This document shows, piece by piece, positions 30,100 through 40,015 of a stretch of 64,000 nt of DNA. Source of the stretch: Achromobacter sp. (GTDB lineage Bacteria; Pseudomonadota; Gammaproteobacteria; Burkholderiales; Burkholderiaceae_B); contig DALZRX010000001.1 in NCBI GenBank assembly GCA_032015805.1, positions 2,939 through 66,938 on the forward strand. Direction: 5' to 3'. The notes below the pieces were generated by a model. It was given only the letters and a program-made list of their open reading frames with translations, had not been told where the DNA came from and searched no databases. The position numbers were made by a program, and so were the translations under genes. Every line of letters begins with the position of its first letter. Position 1 is the stretch's first letter.

Positions 30100-30537
30100 A
30101 TGTACACACTGCGCAGTTCCCGTCCTGAAGACGGCCCGGATCTTATTGACCTTTGGCGGCGCTCCGTGGACGCCACCCATCACTTTCTCAGCGCCGAAGA
30201 CCGAAAGGCCATTGATGACGAAGTGTGTGGTTTTCTGCCCCATGCGCCAATGACTGTTGCCGTCGACGAAGATGACAAACCCTGTGGCTTCATGCTGATC
30301 GATGGGACACATATGGAGGCGCTTTTCATCGATCCCGATGCCCGGGGCTGCGGTATCGGGCGCCAATTGTTGCAGCATGGATTGTCGCTGCATGGGGCAT
30401 TGACCACGGACGTCAACGTGCAGAATGCTCAAGCCGTTGGCTTCTATCAGCGGATGGGATTCGTCGAAACGGGACGTTCGGAGAAGGATTCGCAGGGACG
30501 GCCTTATCCCCTGATCCATCTGCGTTACCCAGGCTAG
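30100..30537 (+). CDS. GNAT acetyltransferase (YjaB-like)
   Basis: WRRSVDATHHFL, RGCGIG, DVNVQN..AVGFY..MGF; start may be 30088. Confidence 0.9.
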   Translation: MYTLRSSRPEDGPDLIDLWRRSVDATHHFLSAEDRKAIDDEVCGFLPHAPMTVAVDEDDKPCGFMLIDGTHMEALFIDPDARGCGIGRQLLQHGLSLHGALTTDVNVQNAQAVGFYQRMGFVETGRSEKDSQGRPYPLIHLRYPG

Positions 30538-30626
30538 CTGGAAAGCAGGCCGCCGCGGCTGCTGACGACCGATCCACTTGCATAGCACTGGGGAGAGAGT
30601 TGCAGAGAGCGTGACGATGTCGTTGA

Positions 30627-30965
30627 TTACCAGCGATACGAAACTGAGCCGATGATGCGACGCGGTTCGCCATAAGAGCAGGCGGACTGACACACGGCGA
30701 CATAGCGCTTGTCCGTCAGATTGTTGGCATTCAGCGCGAAGCGCCAGGGGCCGGTGCTGTTGCTCACTATCGCGTCATACAAGGTGTAGGCGGGCACCTT
30801 TTGCCTGTGCCGTTGCCCGACCCGGCCGCGCGCTTCCAACTTGAAGCCCTGCGAGCGCACTTCGCCGATCTTAACGTTGTAGGTCGAATTCACGGGGTGC
30901 CGTACAGGAAGTTTTTTACGCTTGAGCTGATAGACCGCGGCTGAAACCATGACAGTTGGAGGCAC
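30627..30965 (-). pseudogene. Deleted TonB-dependent siderophore receptor remnant
   Basis: GEVRSQGFKLE, VPAYTLYDA, LNANNLTDKRY, YGEPR..SVSYRW; internal segments and N-terminus missing. Confidence 0.75.
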
Positions 30966-31107
30966 GTCGATTAGATGCGGGCTAAAAGTCCGCCTTTTCG
31001 ATAAGTGGCACTCTTGAACTGCTGATTTTTATGTAAAAGTTCGCGATTTTGACGGCGCGCTCCGGTCCACGAAGTATCTTGGCGGGTGACTTGCTTGCCT
31101 AGACTAT

Positions 31108-31131
31108 GTCCGTTCTCGACCCAAAGCGGAC
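31108..31131 (-). repeat. 24-bp palindromic motif
   Basis: rc GTCCGCT-TT-GGGTCG-AG-AACGGAC, upstream of the Lamassu genes. Confidence 0.7.
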
Positions 31132-31314
31132 GCCAATCGCGACACTTTTGTAGAAAGTTGAGTTTTCAACCTAAAAAACGTCAGTTGGTTTGCATTTTTC
31201 CCGTCAGTAACAAGAAGTTGCACATTGGCCCTCGCGCTGATAAATTAGCAGGATGCACGCGGTACAACGGCACGCGAAACTACGGTTCCACGAGCGATAT
31301 CCATCAAACCAGCT

Positions 31315-32457
31315 ATGGCGCCCGCAGAAGAAAAATTCACCGAAATATTCTCACTTAGCCAAAATCCGGCTTTCGCGGAGGCTGGCGGCGGCCACGGACA
31401 GAAAGGAGTGGACTTCCAGCGCTACTGGGCAATCCTTCGGATAATTGAGCTTAAGGAGGCTGGGGCGACCGATTTTCTCCTCCTTTTTGAATCGATCCAA
31501 GATGTTGCTGAGTTTGATTCTGAAACGGCTCCCACTCGGATCGATATCTATCAAATCAAAAAGAAGGATGGCGGCGAGTGGTCGTTCAATGAACTTACTG
31601 GAATACTCAAGCCGGACGCCCGTAAAAAGAAGGTGGCTCCTACCTTGTCCAGAGTGGAGAAGAGCCCTGTCGGCAAACTCTACAAGGCTGGCTTAGCCAT
31701 ACAGCAATTGGACGCCAGCGCGCATTTCGTATCAAACGCGGGTTGCGACCTTCCGCTGGCGGCGAGCGGAACCGCTTCGTCTCTGCTCAAGTGCTTAGCG
31801 TCGGAACTGGATAGCAGCCACGCGTCCTTGCTGACCGAAGGTTTGGCCCTGCTACATGCGACTCCTGGCGAGATACCTGATCTCAAACGGCTTGCCCTCC
31901 GAAAAACCACCCTGCATCCAGACAACCCGCATCTCTTGGCGCTTGGAGCCGCAACAGCCTACCTGAGCAAGCATCTGCCCGCGAGCGCTGGTCAGGCGAA
32001 GGCATTCATAGACGCTCTGTTTGTCCAACTCAGCGCGCTCGGAAGGCAGACGGAACCCGTCACCTCCTTTAGGGAACTCCGGCGCCAACGGGGGTACTCG
32101 ATTGCCGAATTGGACGCTGCTCTAGCAGACCTCAAGGGCGTGCCCGATCTGAAATTGCACCTCGACTCTGTCCTTGTTGCACTGTTGCTAGAGGGGCTTT
32201 CGCCACTCATGCGCATAACGATAGACATCGGGATTGCGAAATACTTTTCCGCCCTCGTCTCGGGAGGATGGGGAACCGACGAACTTGCTTTGATCGACGA
32301 ATGCGTCAAGGCGGCGCCGGCGCTAATGGGAGCTGCGCCGTTGCTTCCGGCGCTGGACGCCGAGGTTGCAAGGATCGCCGCATTGCATCCGGCATTCAAA
32401 AAAGCTGAAGTGTTTGCGTATTTGCTAATTCAGGTAACGAAAAATGCCGCAGCCTAA
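31315..32457 (+). CDS. lmuA: Lamassu effector LmuA, Cap4/DUF4297-like dsDNA endonuclease
   Basis: N-terminal GG..GQKGVDFQRYWA, ESIQDV, YQIKKK (PD-(D/E)xK variant with QxK), FVSN; directly upstream of an SMC-like ATPase. Confidence 0.8.
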   Translation: MAPAEEKFTEIFSLSQNPAFAEAGGGHGQKGVDFQRYWAILRIIELKEAGATDFLLLFESIQDVAEFDSETAPTRIDIYQIKKKDGGEWSFNELTGILKPDARKKKVAPTLSRVEKSPVGKLYKAGLAIQQLDASAHFVSNAGCDLPLAASGTASSLLKCLASELDSSHASLLTEGLALLHATPGEIPDLKRLALRKTTLHPDNPHLLALGAATAYLSKHLPASAGQAKAFIDALFVQLSALGRQTEPVTSFRELRRQRGYSIAELDAALADLKGVPDLKLHLDSVLVALLLEGLSPLMRITIDIGIAKYFSALVSGGWGTDELALIDECVKAAPALMGAAPLLPALDAEVARIAALHPAFKKAEVFAYLLIQVTKNAAA

Positions 32458-32495
32458 CTTCAGGAAACTCCTCCGAGCTTTATCTACAAAATCCT

Positions 32496-34241
32496 ATGAG
32501 AACCTTCCAATTCGACAGCATTTCGCTGCTATCGCACCGCGACAAAAGGGCAAGGAAGGTGAGCTTTCACCCTCACAGGAACCTGATCCAAGGGGAGAAC
32601 CACACAGGCAAGTCAAGCCTCGTTAAACACCTCTTCTTAACGCTCGGAGCCAAACCTCTGGGTACCCTTGAACAGTGGGATCCGCAGACCGTCTCCGCAG
32701 TGCGGTTCAAAATAGACGGAAAGTCTTTCACGGCCATCCACCACAGCGGCTCGCGCGCGCTTTACGATTCTTCGGGCAAACTCCTAAAGGCAACTGATTC
32801 GCATGCGGCCTGGACGGAGGCGTTCGCGACGCTCGTCGGCTTCAAACTCATGCTGACCTCTAAAAAGACGGGGCACGGCACGCTTGCCGATCCTGCGTGC
32901 TTTTTCCTTCCTTTCTACATCGACCAAGACGGAAGCTGGCGGGACAAGTGGGACACCTTCCCTGCAACGATGCAGTATGCGGCCCCGGTTCGCAGCATTC
33001 TCGAGTATTTCAGCGGAATCAAGCCTGCAAAATACTATGAGCTCAAAAGCGAGCACAGTGAGGTGTCGAGGGAGGCTGACGCGCTGGTTAATGAGATGAA
33101 GCTTCTTGAGCGCACTCGCAGTCGACTTAGTCACGCGCTCCCCGTTGATACCGTAAAGCTTTCAGAGAAAGGTTTCGAAGAGGATATCCGACGCCTTACG
33201 GCAGAAGCGAACGACCTCAACCGTCTTCAGGAGGCGCTACGTGCTAAGCACGTCCGCGAAGGCGAGGTGATCGCAAGTATCAACCACCAAATCCAAGTGG
33301 CCTTCGCATCGTTAAGGGAATACGCGGGTGACCAAAAATACCTTGCCAGCACGGCCAACGCACACGAAATTGTATGCCCTACCTGCGGGGCTGAGCACGA
33401 GCAATCGTTCCTACACCACCTTGGTTATGCGGAGGATGCGAGGATCCTGGAGGAACTGACGCGAACGCTCCAAAAACACCTTGTTGATGCGAAGCGCCAA
33501 CTGGAATCGACGAGCAAGGAACTCCAGTCGCTACGAGGCAACTACGCGAGGATCAACGACATACTTGAGCATAAGCGCGGGGAGCTACGATTCCGCGAAG
33601 TCGTGGAATCCCACGGGTCGCAAGCTGCCCATAGGGCGTTCGACGCGGAAAGGGAACAGATTACTAGCGAACTCGCGGACTGGAACGTCAAGCTATTAGA
33701 AATCGATGCACGTCTGGTCGCATTGACCGACAAGAAGCGGACAAAAAGAATCATAACGGCATTCAGGGAAGCTTACGCACACGCGAGGAAGGCGCTCAAC
33801 GTGCCAGATCCAGCGGGCAACCCCAACATTGTCAGCAGACCCAACCGATCGGGTAGCGGGGGTCCCCGCCTACTCCTCGCTTACTACGCCGCGCTATGGA
33901 AGGTATGCCACGATGAGCAAGTGGGTATGTCGATCCCCGTGGTCATCGACTCTCCAAACCAGCAGGACCAGGACGATCTGAACCTGCACGTCGTACTCGG
34001 TTTTATTGCCGAAAACCTTCCGGTTTCCATGCAGTTAATAGTCTGCGTCACGAAGCACTCAGACACGCAGCTCGACAAGACGATCATTTTCGACAAGAAG
34101 TACAGCATGCTGCTTTCTGAGTTCTACGAAGAGGTCGAAACCGACATTGGTCCGCTCTACCGGCAGATGAATTCGGCACTATTGAACACACCGCTGGACG
34201 AAACCAACAGGCGTGACCCCGCCTCTGACATCGTTGAATAA
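32496..34241 (+). CDS. lmuB: Lamassu LmuB, short SMC/Rad50-like ABC ATPase
   Basis: Walker A GENHTGKS, FYIDQDGSW Q-loop region, coiled coils around zinc hook CPTCG, signature SGSG, Walker B/D-loop VVIDSPNQQDQD. Confidence 0.85.
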   Translation: MRTFQFDSISLLSHRDKRARKVSFHPHRNLIQGENHTGKSSLVKHLFLTLGAKPLGTLEQWDPQTVSAVRFKIDGKSFTAIHHSGSRALYDSSGKLLKATDSHAAWTEAFATLVGFKLMLTSKKTGHGTLADPACFFLPFYIDQDGSWRDKWDTFPATMQYAAPVRSILEYFSGIKPAKYYELKSEHSEVSREADALVNEMKLLERTRSRLSHALPVDTVKLSEKGFEEDIRRLTAEANDLNRLQEALRAKHVREGEVIASINHQIQVAFASLREYAGDQKYLASTANAHEIVCPTCGAEHEQSFLHHLGYAEDARILEELTRTLQKHLVDAKRQLESTSKELQSLRGNYARINDILEHKRGELRFREVVESHGSQAAHRAFDAEREQITSELADWNVKLLEIDARLVALTDKKRTKRIITAFREAYAHARKALNVPDPAGNPNIVSRPNRSGSGGPRLLLAYYAALWKVCHDEQVGMSIPVVIDSPNQQDQDDLNLHVVLGFIAENLPVSMQLIVCVTKHSDTQLDKTIIFDKKYSMLLSEFYEEVETDIGPLYRQMNSALLNTPLDETNRRDPASDIVE

Positions 34242-34367
34242 TGTGATCCGCCTCACCGTCTTGACTCGTGCATCTCGGCACACTTGCGCGCACCTTACAC
34301 GGCATACCTGTCTGGGGTTTACAGGCCTTCTACCAACCACCACCCGAGAAGAAAGGAGGTAAGTTTG

Positions 34368-35165
34368 ATGGCACTCTTTTCGCAAGATCAGTTGGAAGCA
34401 ATAGCGGGAGCGCTTGGCGATACGAGCGCCGGGCTTACTGGCACTGAGATCCAACACCTTATCGCCTCGAGTAAGATGACCGATCCCGGCCCGATTACGA
34501 AAAGGGTTCGCATCTACAACGCGTTTGCCGAGAGCCAAAACACAAAGCAGAACCGGACCCATGTGTTGGCGTTCATCCGGCACGCTATGAAGCCCGCACG
34601 CTATAGCCGCGAGCCCAGCCGCTACGAGCCGTTGCGCACACTTCTCAATCAAGCGCTCGCCTTTGCTGGACTGGTCGTGGACCAGGCCGGCGAGCTCAGT
34701 TCCTCAGAGGTAGCACGGACTCTGCCCGAAGCACAGCGACGTGCACGCGAATTGCGGGCCGACCTTGAGGGCCGAGGCGTACACCCAGATGTCCTAAGAT
34801 TCTGCCGCGCCGAACTTTTGGCCGACAACTATTTTCACGCCGTGCAGGAAGCCGTGAAGAGTGTCGCCGACAAAATGCGATCCCGAACCGGCCTCACCGA
34901 TGACGGTGCCTCCTTGGTAGATCGAGCCCTAAGCGGTGAACCTCCATTGCTCGCAATCAATCCGCGCTCCTCGGCCAGCGAAAAAAGCGAGCAGAATGGT
35001 TTCGCCAACCTCGTGCGTGGAACATTCGGTATGTTCCGCAACCCGACGGCTCACGAAGCAAGAGTTAACTGGGCGATGCCGAAGGAGGACGCCGAGGACT
35101 TACTGACGATGGTCTCTCTTATCCATCGCCGCCTTGACCGGGCCCGCATGCCGCCAAGAGTCTGA
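34368..35165 (+). CDS. TIGR02391 (Ymh-like HEPN) family protein
   Basis: HPDVLRFC..NYFHAVQEAVK, TGLTDDG, EQNGF, FRNPTAHE (Rx4H); strong AAGGAGGT RBS. Confidence 0.85.
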   Translation: MALFSQDQLEAIAGALGDTSAGLTGTEIQHLIASSKMTDPGPITKRVRIYNAFAESQNTKQNRTHVLAFIRHAMKPARYSREPSRYEPLRTLLNQALAFAGLVVDQAGELSSSEVARTLPEAQRRARELRADLEGRGVHPDVLRFCRAELLADNYFHAVQEAVKSVADKMRSRTGLTDDGASLVDRALSGEPPLLAINPRSSASEKSEQNGFANLVRGTFGMFRNPTAHEARVNWAMPKEDAEDLLTMVSLIHRRLDRARMPPRV

Positions 35166-35233
35166 GCCTCTGGACGACGTGCGCGGCGAAGCCTCCCTCC
35201 GATTCGCTCCGGCGCAGCTTAGCGTGACCGTTG

Positions 35234-35283
35234 AATGTCCGCTTTCCCGTGATCAGTACGACTGCTATTGGCCGAGAGCGGAC
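35234..35283 (+). repeat. 24-bp palindromic motif (35260-35283) plus extra half-site
   Basis: GACTGCT-AT-TGGCCG-AG-AGCGGAC; AATGTCCGCTTT at 35234-35245. Confidence 0.7.
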
Positions 35284-35345
35284 AGCCTCTGCGACGTGCA
35301 TGCCGCTAACTGAAGTTTCGCGGCCAATTCAATGGCCCTCTGCTG

Positions 35346-37037
35346 TCACCTTCGTCCCACATACTCTACAAAGGCTTCTGCGCTAAGCGGCCGGCTGACC
35401 AGATAACCCTGGATGGCGTCGCAGCCCGCGTCCTTTAACTCATCGGCCTGATGTTGGTGCTCGACCCCTTCGGCGATTGTTTTCATGCCGAGCGAACGAG
35501 CAAGACCGACGATGCCTCGAATTACCGCCGAAGCCTTCTCTGACGTTGCCAGCCCGCGGACAAAGGATTTGTCGATCTTGAGCGTGTCCACAGGTAGTCG
35601 GACCAGATAGCTCAAACTTGAGTATCCCGCACCGAAGTCGTCGAGCGACGTGGATAGTCCGGCTTGTTTCATCGTGGCGAGAACTGAAGTCGCCATTTCG
35701 ATGTCGCTTACTAGGCAGTCTTCCGTGATTTCGACATCGAGCATGGCGGCGGAGATGCCGTGTTTCCGGACGGCATGGTGAATTCGATCTGCCAGCCCTA
35801 TATCGAGTAGTTGCCGAGCCGATAGGTTCAGGCTGATTCGCGGTACGGTGACGCCCATCTTTTGCCATGCGGCGATATGCAGGCAAACCGCATTGAGCAG
35901 CCAATCGACAAGTACGCCCTCATAGGGGGACTCAAGCAACAGCGCCAAGAATGCGTCAGGCGTCAGCAAGCCTCGCTCGGGATGACGCCAGCGAAGAAGC
36001 GCCTCGGCACCGATCAGGGTGGCATCCACGAGAGAAATCTGGGCCTGGAAATGAAGTTCGAACTGGTTCTGCGCAAATGCCGCGCGGAGATCGGAACGCA
36101 ACGCGACACGGTTGCGCACGCCCCGGTCCAGAATCACGTCATACGTGCGTACTTGAAGCCCGCCAGCCGACTTGGCCGCGTACATGGCCGTATCGGCCTG
36201 ACTCAGCAACGTCTCGGCGGTTTCGGGGTCTTCTCCCATTAGCGCGATACCAATGCTGGCGGACAGAGAGATCGCTCGACCGCTTATTTCGAACGGCATC
36301 GCAAGCGCGTTGAGCACCGCAAATGCGCATGCTTCTGCCGCGCTATTCGTGGTGTTGCGCAACAGTAGAACAAACTCGTCGCCGCCTACGCGCGCAGCAA
36401 AAAAAGCAGGTCCGAGACTTTCGGTAAGCCTTACCGAAAAATTACGCAGCAGTTCGTCACCGGCAGCATGGCCGAACGCGTCGTTGACTTCCTTCAGATG
36501 GTCCAAGTCGATAAACAGCACCGCGACAGAGACGTCATTCGGCGTGCTTGGCAAGGCAGCGCCAGCGACTGCACGAGACAGAGCTTCCATGCAACTGCGT
36601 CGATTCGCCAACCCCGTCAGATAATCGTGACTCGCTTCAAATTCCAGTTGGGCAGCGTGCTCGTGTTCGCGCGTGACGTCGCGAAAAAGCACCGTAATAC
36701 CCTCATCGTGGCGAAATGAGCGCGCTTCAAACCAAGTGCGTAGCGGGGCGTAATAGCCAGTGTGGCAGCCGGGACGTCCTGTGGCCGCTGTGTGCCGGTA
36801 GATTCTGTAATAGCCGGAGTTCACCAAGTCCGGGTAACACTGCCAGATTTCGCGTCCGAGGAGGTTTTGTCGCTCCTGTTGCAAATAGCGCTCGGCGGTG
36901 TTGTTCAGGTAAGTGAAGCGCCAGGACTTGTCTATCGACATGAATCCGTCGCTAAGGCTATCAAGCATTTCCGCTAGGTGAGCCGGTGCAGGCTGATGAG
37001 CCCCAGCTGCCGGTGGTTGGTGCGTATGTCGTGCCAT
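35346..37037 (-). CDS. Cytoplasmic PAS-GGDEF-EAL c-di-GMP enzyme
   Basis: PAS N-terminus, HDYLTGLANR, GGDEF, EAL, DDFGAGYSS, AEGVE. Confidence 0.93.
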   Translation of the reverse strand: MARHTHQPPAAGAHQPAPAHLAEMLDSLSDGFMSIDKSWRFTYLNNTAERYLQQERQNLLGREIWQCYPDLVNSGYYRIYRHTAATGRPGCHTGYYAPLRTWFEARSFRHDEGITVLFRDVTREHEHAAQLEFEASHDYLTGLANRRSCMEALSRAVAGAALPSTPNDVSVAVLFIDLDHLKEVNDAFGHAAGDELLRNFSVRLTESLGPAFFAARVGGDEFVLLLRNTTNSAAEACAFAVLNALAMPFEISGRAISLSASIGIALMGEDPETAETLLSQADTAMYAAKSAGGLQVRTYDVILDRGVRNRVALRSDLRAAFAQNQFELHFQAQISLVDATLIGAEALLRWRHPERGLLTPDAFLALLLESPYEGVLVDWLLNAVCLHIAAWQKMGVTVPRISLNLSARQLLDIGLADRIHHAVRKHGISAAMLDVEITEDCLVSDIEMATSVLATMKQAGLSTSLDDFGAGYSSLSYLVRLPVDTLKIDKSFVRGLATSEKASAVIRGIVGLARSLGMKTIAEGVEHQHQADELKDAGCDAIQGYLVSRPLSAEAFVEYVGRR

Positions 37038-37229
37038 TTTTCGGACCTATGTTCGCGTGGGACTTAAGAGCCATCGCTGGCCCGCAAACCGTGGGTCCAA
37101 ATATTTTACCGGCCTGTTCTGATCCATGTTGCACAAGGGGCAAGGCCCACAATTCGCAATTGTTCAAAATTTGGACGCTGCCGTGTAGTGGCCGGTTGAT
37201 TGCACCGTCGCTAGCCTTAGATGCCAATC

Positions 37230-37253
37230 GGCTCCTTCCGACCCGGAACGGCC
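37230..37253 (-). repeat. 24-bp palindromic motif
   Basis: rc GGCCGTT-CC-GGGTCG-GA-AGGAGCC; stem extends to 37227-37256. Confidence 0.65.
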
Positions 37254-37307
37254 GATCAGGACGCCACGCAGCCATCGTCCGTACACTGCCGTGTTTACAG
37301 TAAGGAT

Positions 37308-38222
37308 CTACGTGCCCGTGATTTCTCTCACGCGGGTCGTCGAAGGTGTCTCTCCAAATACGGCCCGATACCGCGCAAGGGCATAGGAAGAATAGGCGTA
37401 GCCATGCCGCTCGAATGTGTCGGCGACGGAAGTCCAATCGTCATGCGCATGCTGCAGGGCTTCATGGATCGCATGGAGCTGCCTCAATTGCAGGTACTGA
37501 ACTGGGCCTCTGCCAAAGCAATTGTGGAAGAAGGTCCGTAGTGATCTGGCACCCATAGGCAAGCCATCAAGTTGATCGTGACCCGTCTTATCCATCAAAT
37601 CAAAGATGTTAAGGGTGGCGTCGCATATCGCGTGAGGTGAGACGCCAGGGCGACCGGTAGCCATTGATTGCGGGGTGCGCGAACAGACAAGGCCCACGAT
37701 GGCGTTTTCGATCAGTGCGCGCCTGGTGGAGCGGGGGGTGTGTGGGTTGGCCGCAATCAACGCCGCCCGTTCCAGCGCTTCAATCGCGCTCGGTGTGGCG
37801 TCCAACATACATGTTGATTGGCACCATCCGCGCAATGCCTGGCCTGTTTCGTTATCCATGTGTAACAGCCAAGATGTCAGCGGCACGGCGATGGTCGTCC
37901 ATTCGTTGGGCCCCGCCGCGCGGAACACGAACCCTCGTCCTGGCGCGAGAACCCCGACCTTGCCATTGGAAAACGGAACTCCGTTCAACCAAGTGGGCGT
38001 TGGCCGTCCTGGAGACAGCAAGAACATCAGGTGCGTGGGCCATCCAGAGGCTTCACACAAGTTGGGAACAACCTCGATACCCCGCTGAACGGTGAATCCG
38101 TCGATATCGGCATGGCCTATCCGCCAAGGTCCATCCTGCGGCCCCAGTAAGCGCACCTTGAGGTCGACATCTACGACGGCATTCTCGAACTCTCCGAACG
38201 ATTCAAAACGGTGCAGTTTCAT
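37308..38222 (-). CDS. AraC family regulator (EutR-like)
   Basis: C-terminal RSLRTFF..GPVQYL..RQL..YRAVFGETPSTT; start MKLHRF. Confidence 0.75.
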   Translation of the reverse strand: MKLHRFESFGEFENAVVDVDLKVRLLGPQDGPWRIGHADIDGFTVQRGIEVVPNLCEASGWPTHLMFLLSPGRPTPTWLNGVPFSNGKVGVLAPGRGFVFRAAGPNEWTTIAVPLTSWLLHMDNETGQALRGWCQSTCMLDATPSAIEALERAALIAANPHTPRSTRRALIENAIVGLVCSRTPQSMATGRPGVSPHAICDATLNIFDLMDKTGHDQLDGLPMGARSLRTFFHNCFGRGPVQYLQLRQLHAIHEALQHAHDDWTSVADTFERHGYAYSSYALARYRAVFGETPSTTRVREITGT

Positions 38223-38463
38223 GCGCCTTCTCGAAGGGGGTAGTGCGTTATTGCCAAAATTAGCATGGACGCGCCTCGATGTCGCTGCTAACAATATCGA
38301 CCGAGGTGCAGGCTGAAATTCGAGTGGATGCGGCAGGTTCGTGGGCGAGGGCAACTGCTCAGGTCACACAAATTGTTCAGCCTGATGTAAGACTGATAAA
38401 TCAGGCGCAAGAATTCCGTAATCGGCGGTGGGCTACGTGGCCAGAACATCAAGGAGTCCAGGA

Positions 38464-39930
38464 ATGAAGCATGGTTTTGCAGTGACGGCTTCGGTCGGCC
38501 TGTTGTGCGCGGCGCTCGCCGCTCCTGTGTTCGGTGCGCCCCAAAAAACGGAGAGTCGCGCCGCGCCAACCCAACCGGCGCCAGGTGTCGTCATGCACCC
38601 GGAATATGCCAAGACCATTGGCCGCTTGGCGTATGTGTGGGGATGGCCGATGGTGAACATGCTCAATCGCAACGAGCGGATTACCAAGGCTCCTCGTCCG
38701 GGATTGTTGGGCGGCATCCTGCCCGTTGCGCCGCGTGGCCAGATCGGCATGCTGCATGACTACATACTCCCCGCAGAAACGTTCGTCACATGCCCGAATC
38801 AGGATGTCGTCTACGGCTTGGGGTTTTTTTCGCTGGATGAGGAACCGGTGATTGCGCAGGTCCCCGATTTCGGCGACCGCTTCTGGGTCTATGCGCTGTA
38901 TGACCAGCGCACCAACCAGTTCGGCGAACTTGGGAAGCCCTACAAGAGCAAGCCCGGCTTCTACTTGCTGGTGGGGCCGAACTGGAAAGGAAAGAAGCCG
39001 CCAGGTGTGCAGGCGATCATCCGCAGCCCGACGGCCCTGGCCAACGCCATTCCGCGCATCTTCATGGACGATACGGACCAGGACCGCCAGACCATCCAGA
39101 AGAAAATCAACCAGGTGGTCTTTTATCCGCTGAAGGACTTCGACGGCAAGATGAAGTCCATCGACTGGAAGACCACCCCAGGCATTCCCAATCCCGGCGC
39201 CGATAGCCCTGCCGCAGGCGAAACGCGCTGGGTCGTACCCGAGCAGTTCTTCGACCAGTTTGCTCAGGTGCTGGATATGGTGCCGCCGTTACCCGGCGAA
39301 GAAGCCATGTATGCGCAGTTCCGCTCGGTGATGGCGGCAGCAGCCAAGGATCCGGCCATCAAGGAAGCTCTGGTCCAGGTCGCCCAGGAAACGGAGAAAC
39401 AGGTAATAGACCCCTTCTTCCAATGGAAGCACAACGGCGTACCCGCCGGAAACAACTGGAACCGCTCGGTCAATAATGCCCAGACAGGGGTGGATTACTT
39501 CAATCGTACGGGTACGGCCAAGTCGAATATGTTCGACAACCGACCCACCGAAACCCAGTACTTCTATACCGATTTCGATTCCGCCGGCGCCTTACTGGAC
39601 GGCGGAAAGCGCTACGAGATCACCTTCGCTGCGGGCCAACTGCCGCCGGTCAAGGGTTTCTGGTCGCTCACTCTGTACAACAAGCATCATCTCTTCAGCT
39701 CCAACGACCTGAACCGCTACTCGCTGGGCACCAAGAACAAGAATCTGGTTCGAGGCTCGGACGGTTCGCTGACGATTTATGTCGGGCCGACTTCTCCCGG
39801 AAAGGACAAGGAGGCCAACTGGCTGCCTTCCCCCGGAGAGCCCATTTCGCTCTACATCCGCGCCTATTGGGGCGACAAGGGAATACTGGACGGCAGTTGG
39901 AAGCCTCCGGTCGTCAAGAAGGTCGAATAA
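38464..39930 (+). CDS. Secreted DUF1254/DUF1214 protein
   Basis: Signal peptide, [37 protein letters not shown]. Confidence 0.9.
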   Translation: MKHGFAVTASVGLLCAALAAPVFGAPQKTESRAAPTQPAPGVVMHPEYAKTIGRLAYVWGWPMVNMLNRNERITKAPRPGLLGGILPVAPRGQIGMLHDYILPAETFVTCPNQDVVYGLGFFSLDEEPVIAQVPDFGDRFWVYALYDQRTNQFGELGKPYKSKPGFYLLVGPNWKGKKPPGVQAIIRSPTALANAIPRIFMDDTDQDRQTIQKKINQVVFYPLKDFDGKMKSIDWKTTPGIPNPGADSPAAGETRWVVPEQFFDQFAQVLDMVPPLPGEEAMYAQFRSVMAAAAKDPAIKEALVQVAQETEKQVIDPFFQWKHNGVPAGNNWNRSVNNAQTGVDYFNRTGTAKSNMFDNRPTETQYFYTDFDSAGALLDGGKRYEITFAAGQLPPVKGFWSLTLYNKHHLFSSNDLNRYSLGTKNKNLVRGSDGSLTIYVGPTSPGKDKEANWLPSPGEPISLYIRAYWGDKGILDGSWKPPVVKKVE

Positions 39931-40015
39931 GCACTTTCATCGTCGAAGGGGCGGCGCCTGCCATTGCCTACCAGAGCTTTGGCACGCTGCCCGCGCCAGT
40001 TCCAGGAGTTGACTC

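Noticed and set aside
31315..34241. CBASS or housekeeping SbcCD/RecN
   Set aside because: No cyclase or SAVED domain and no SbcD phosphoesterase; the gene pair fits Lamassu.
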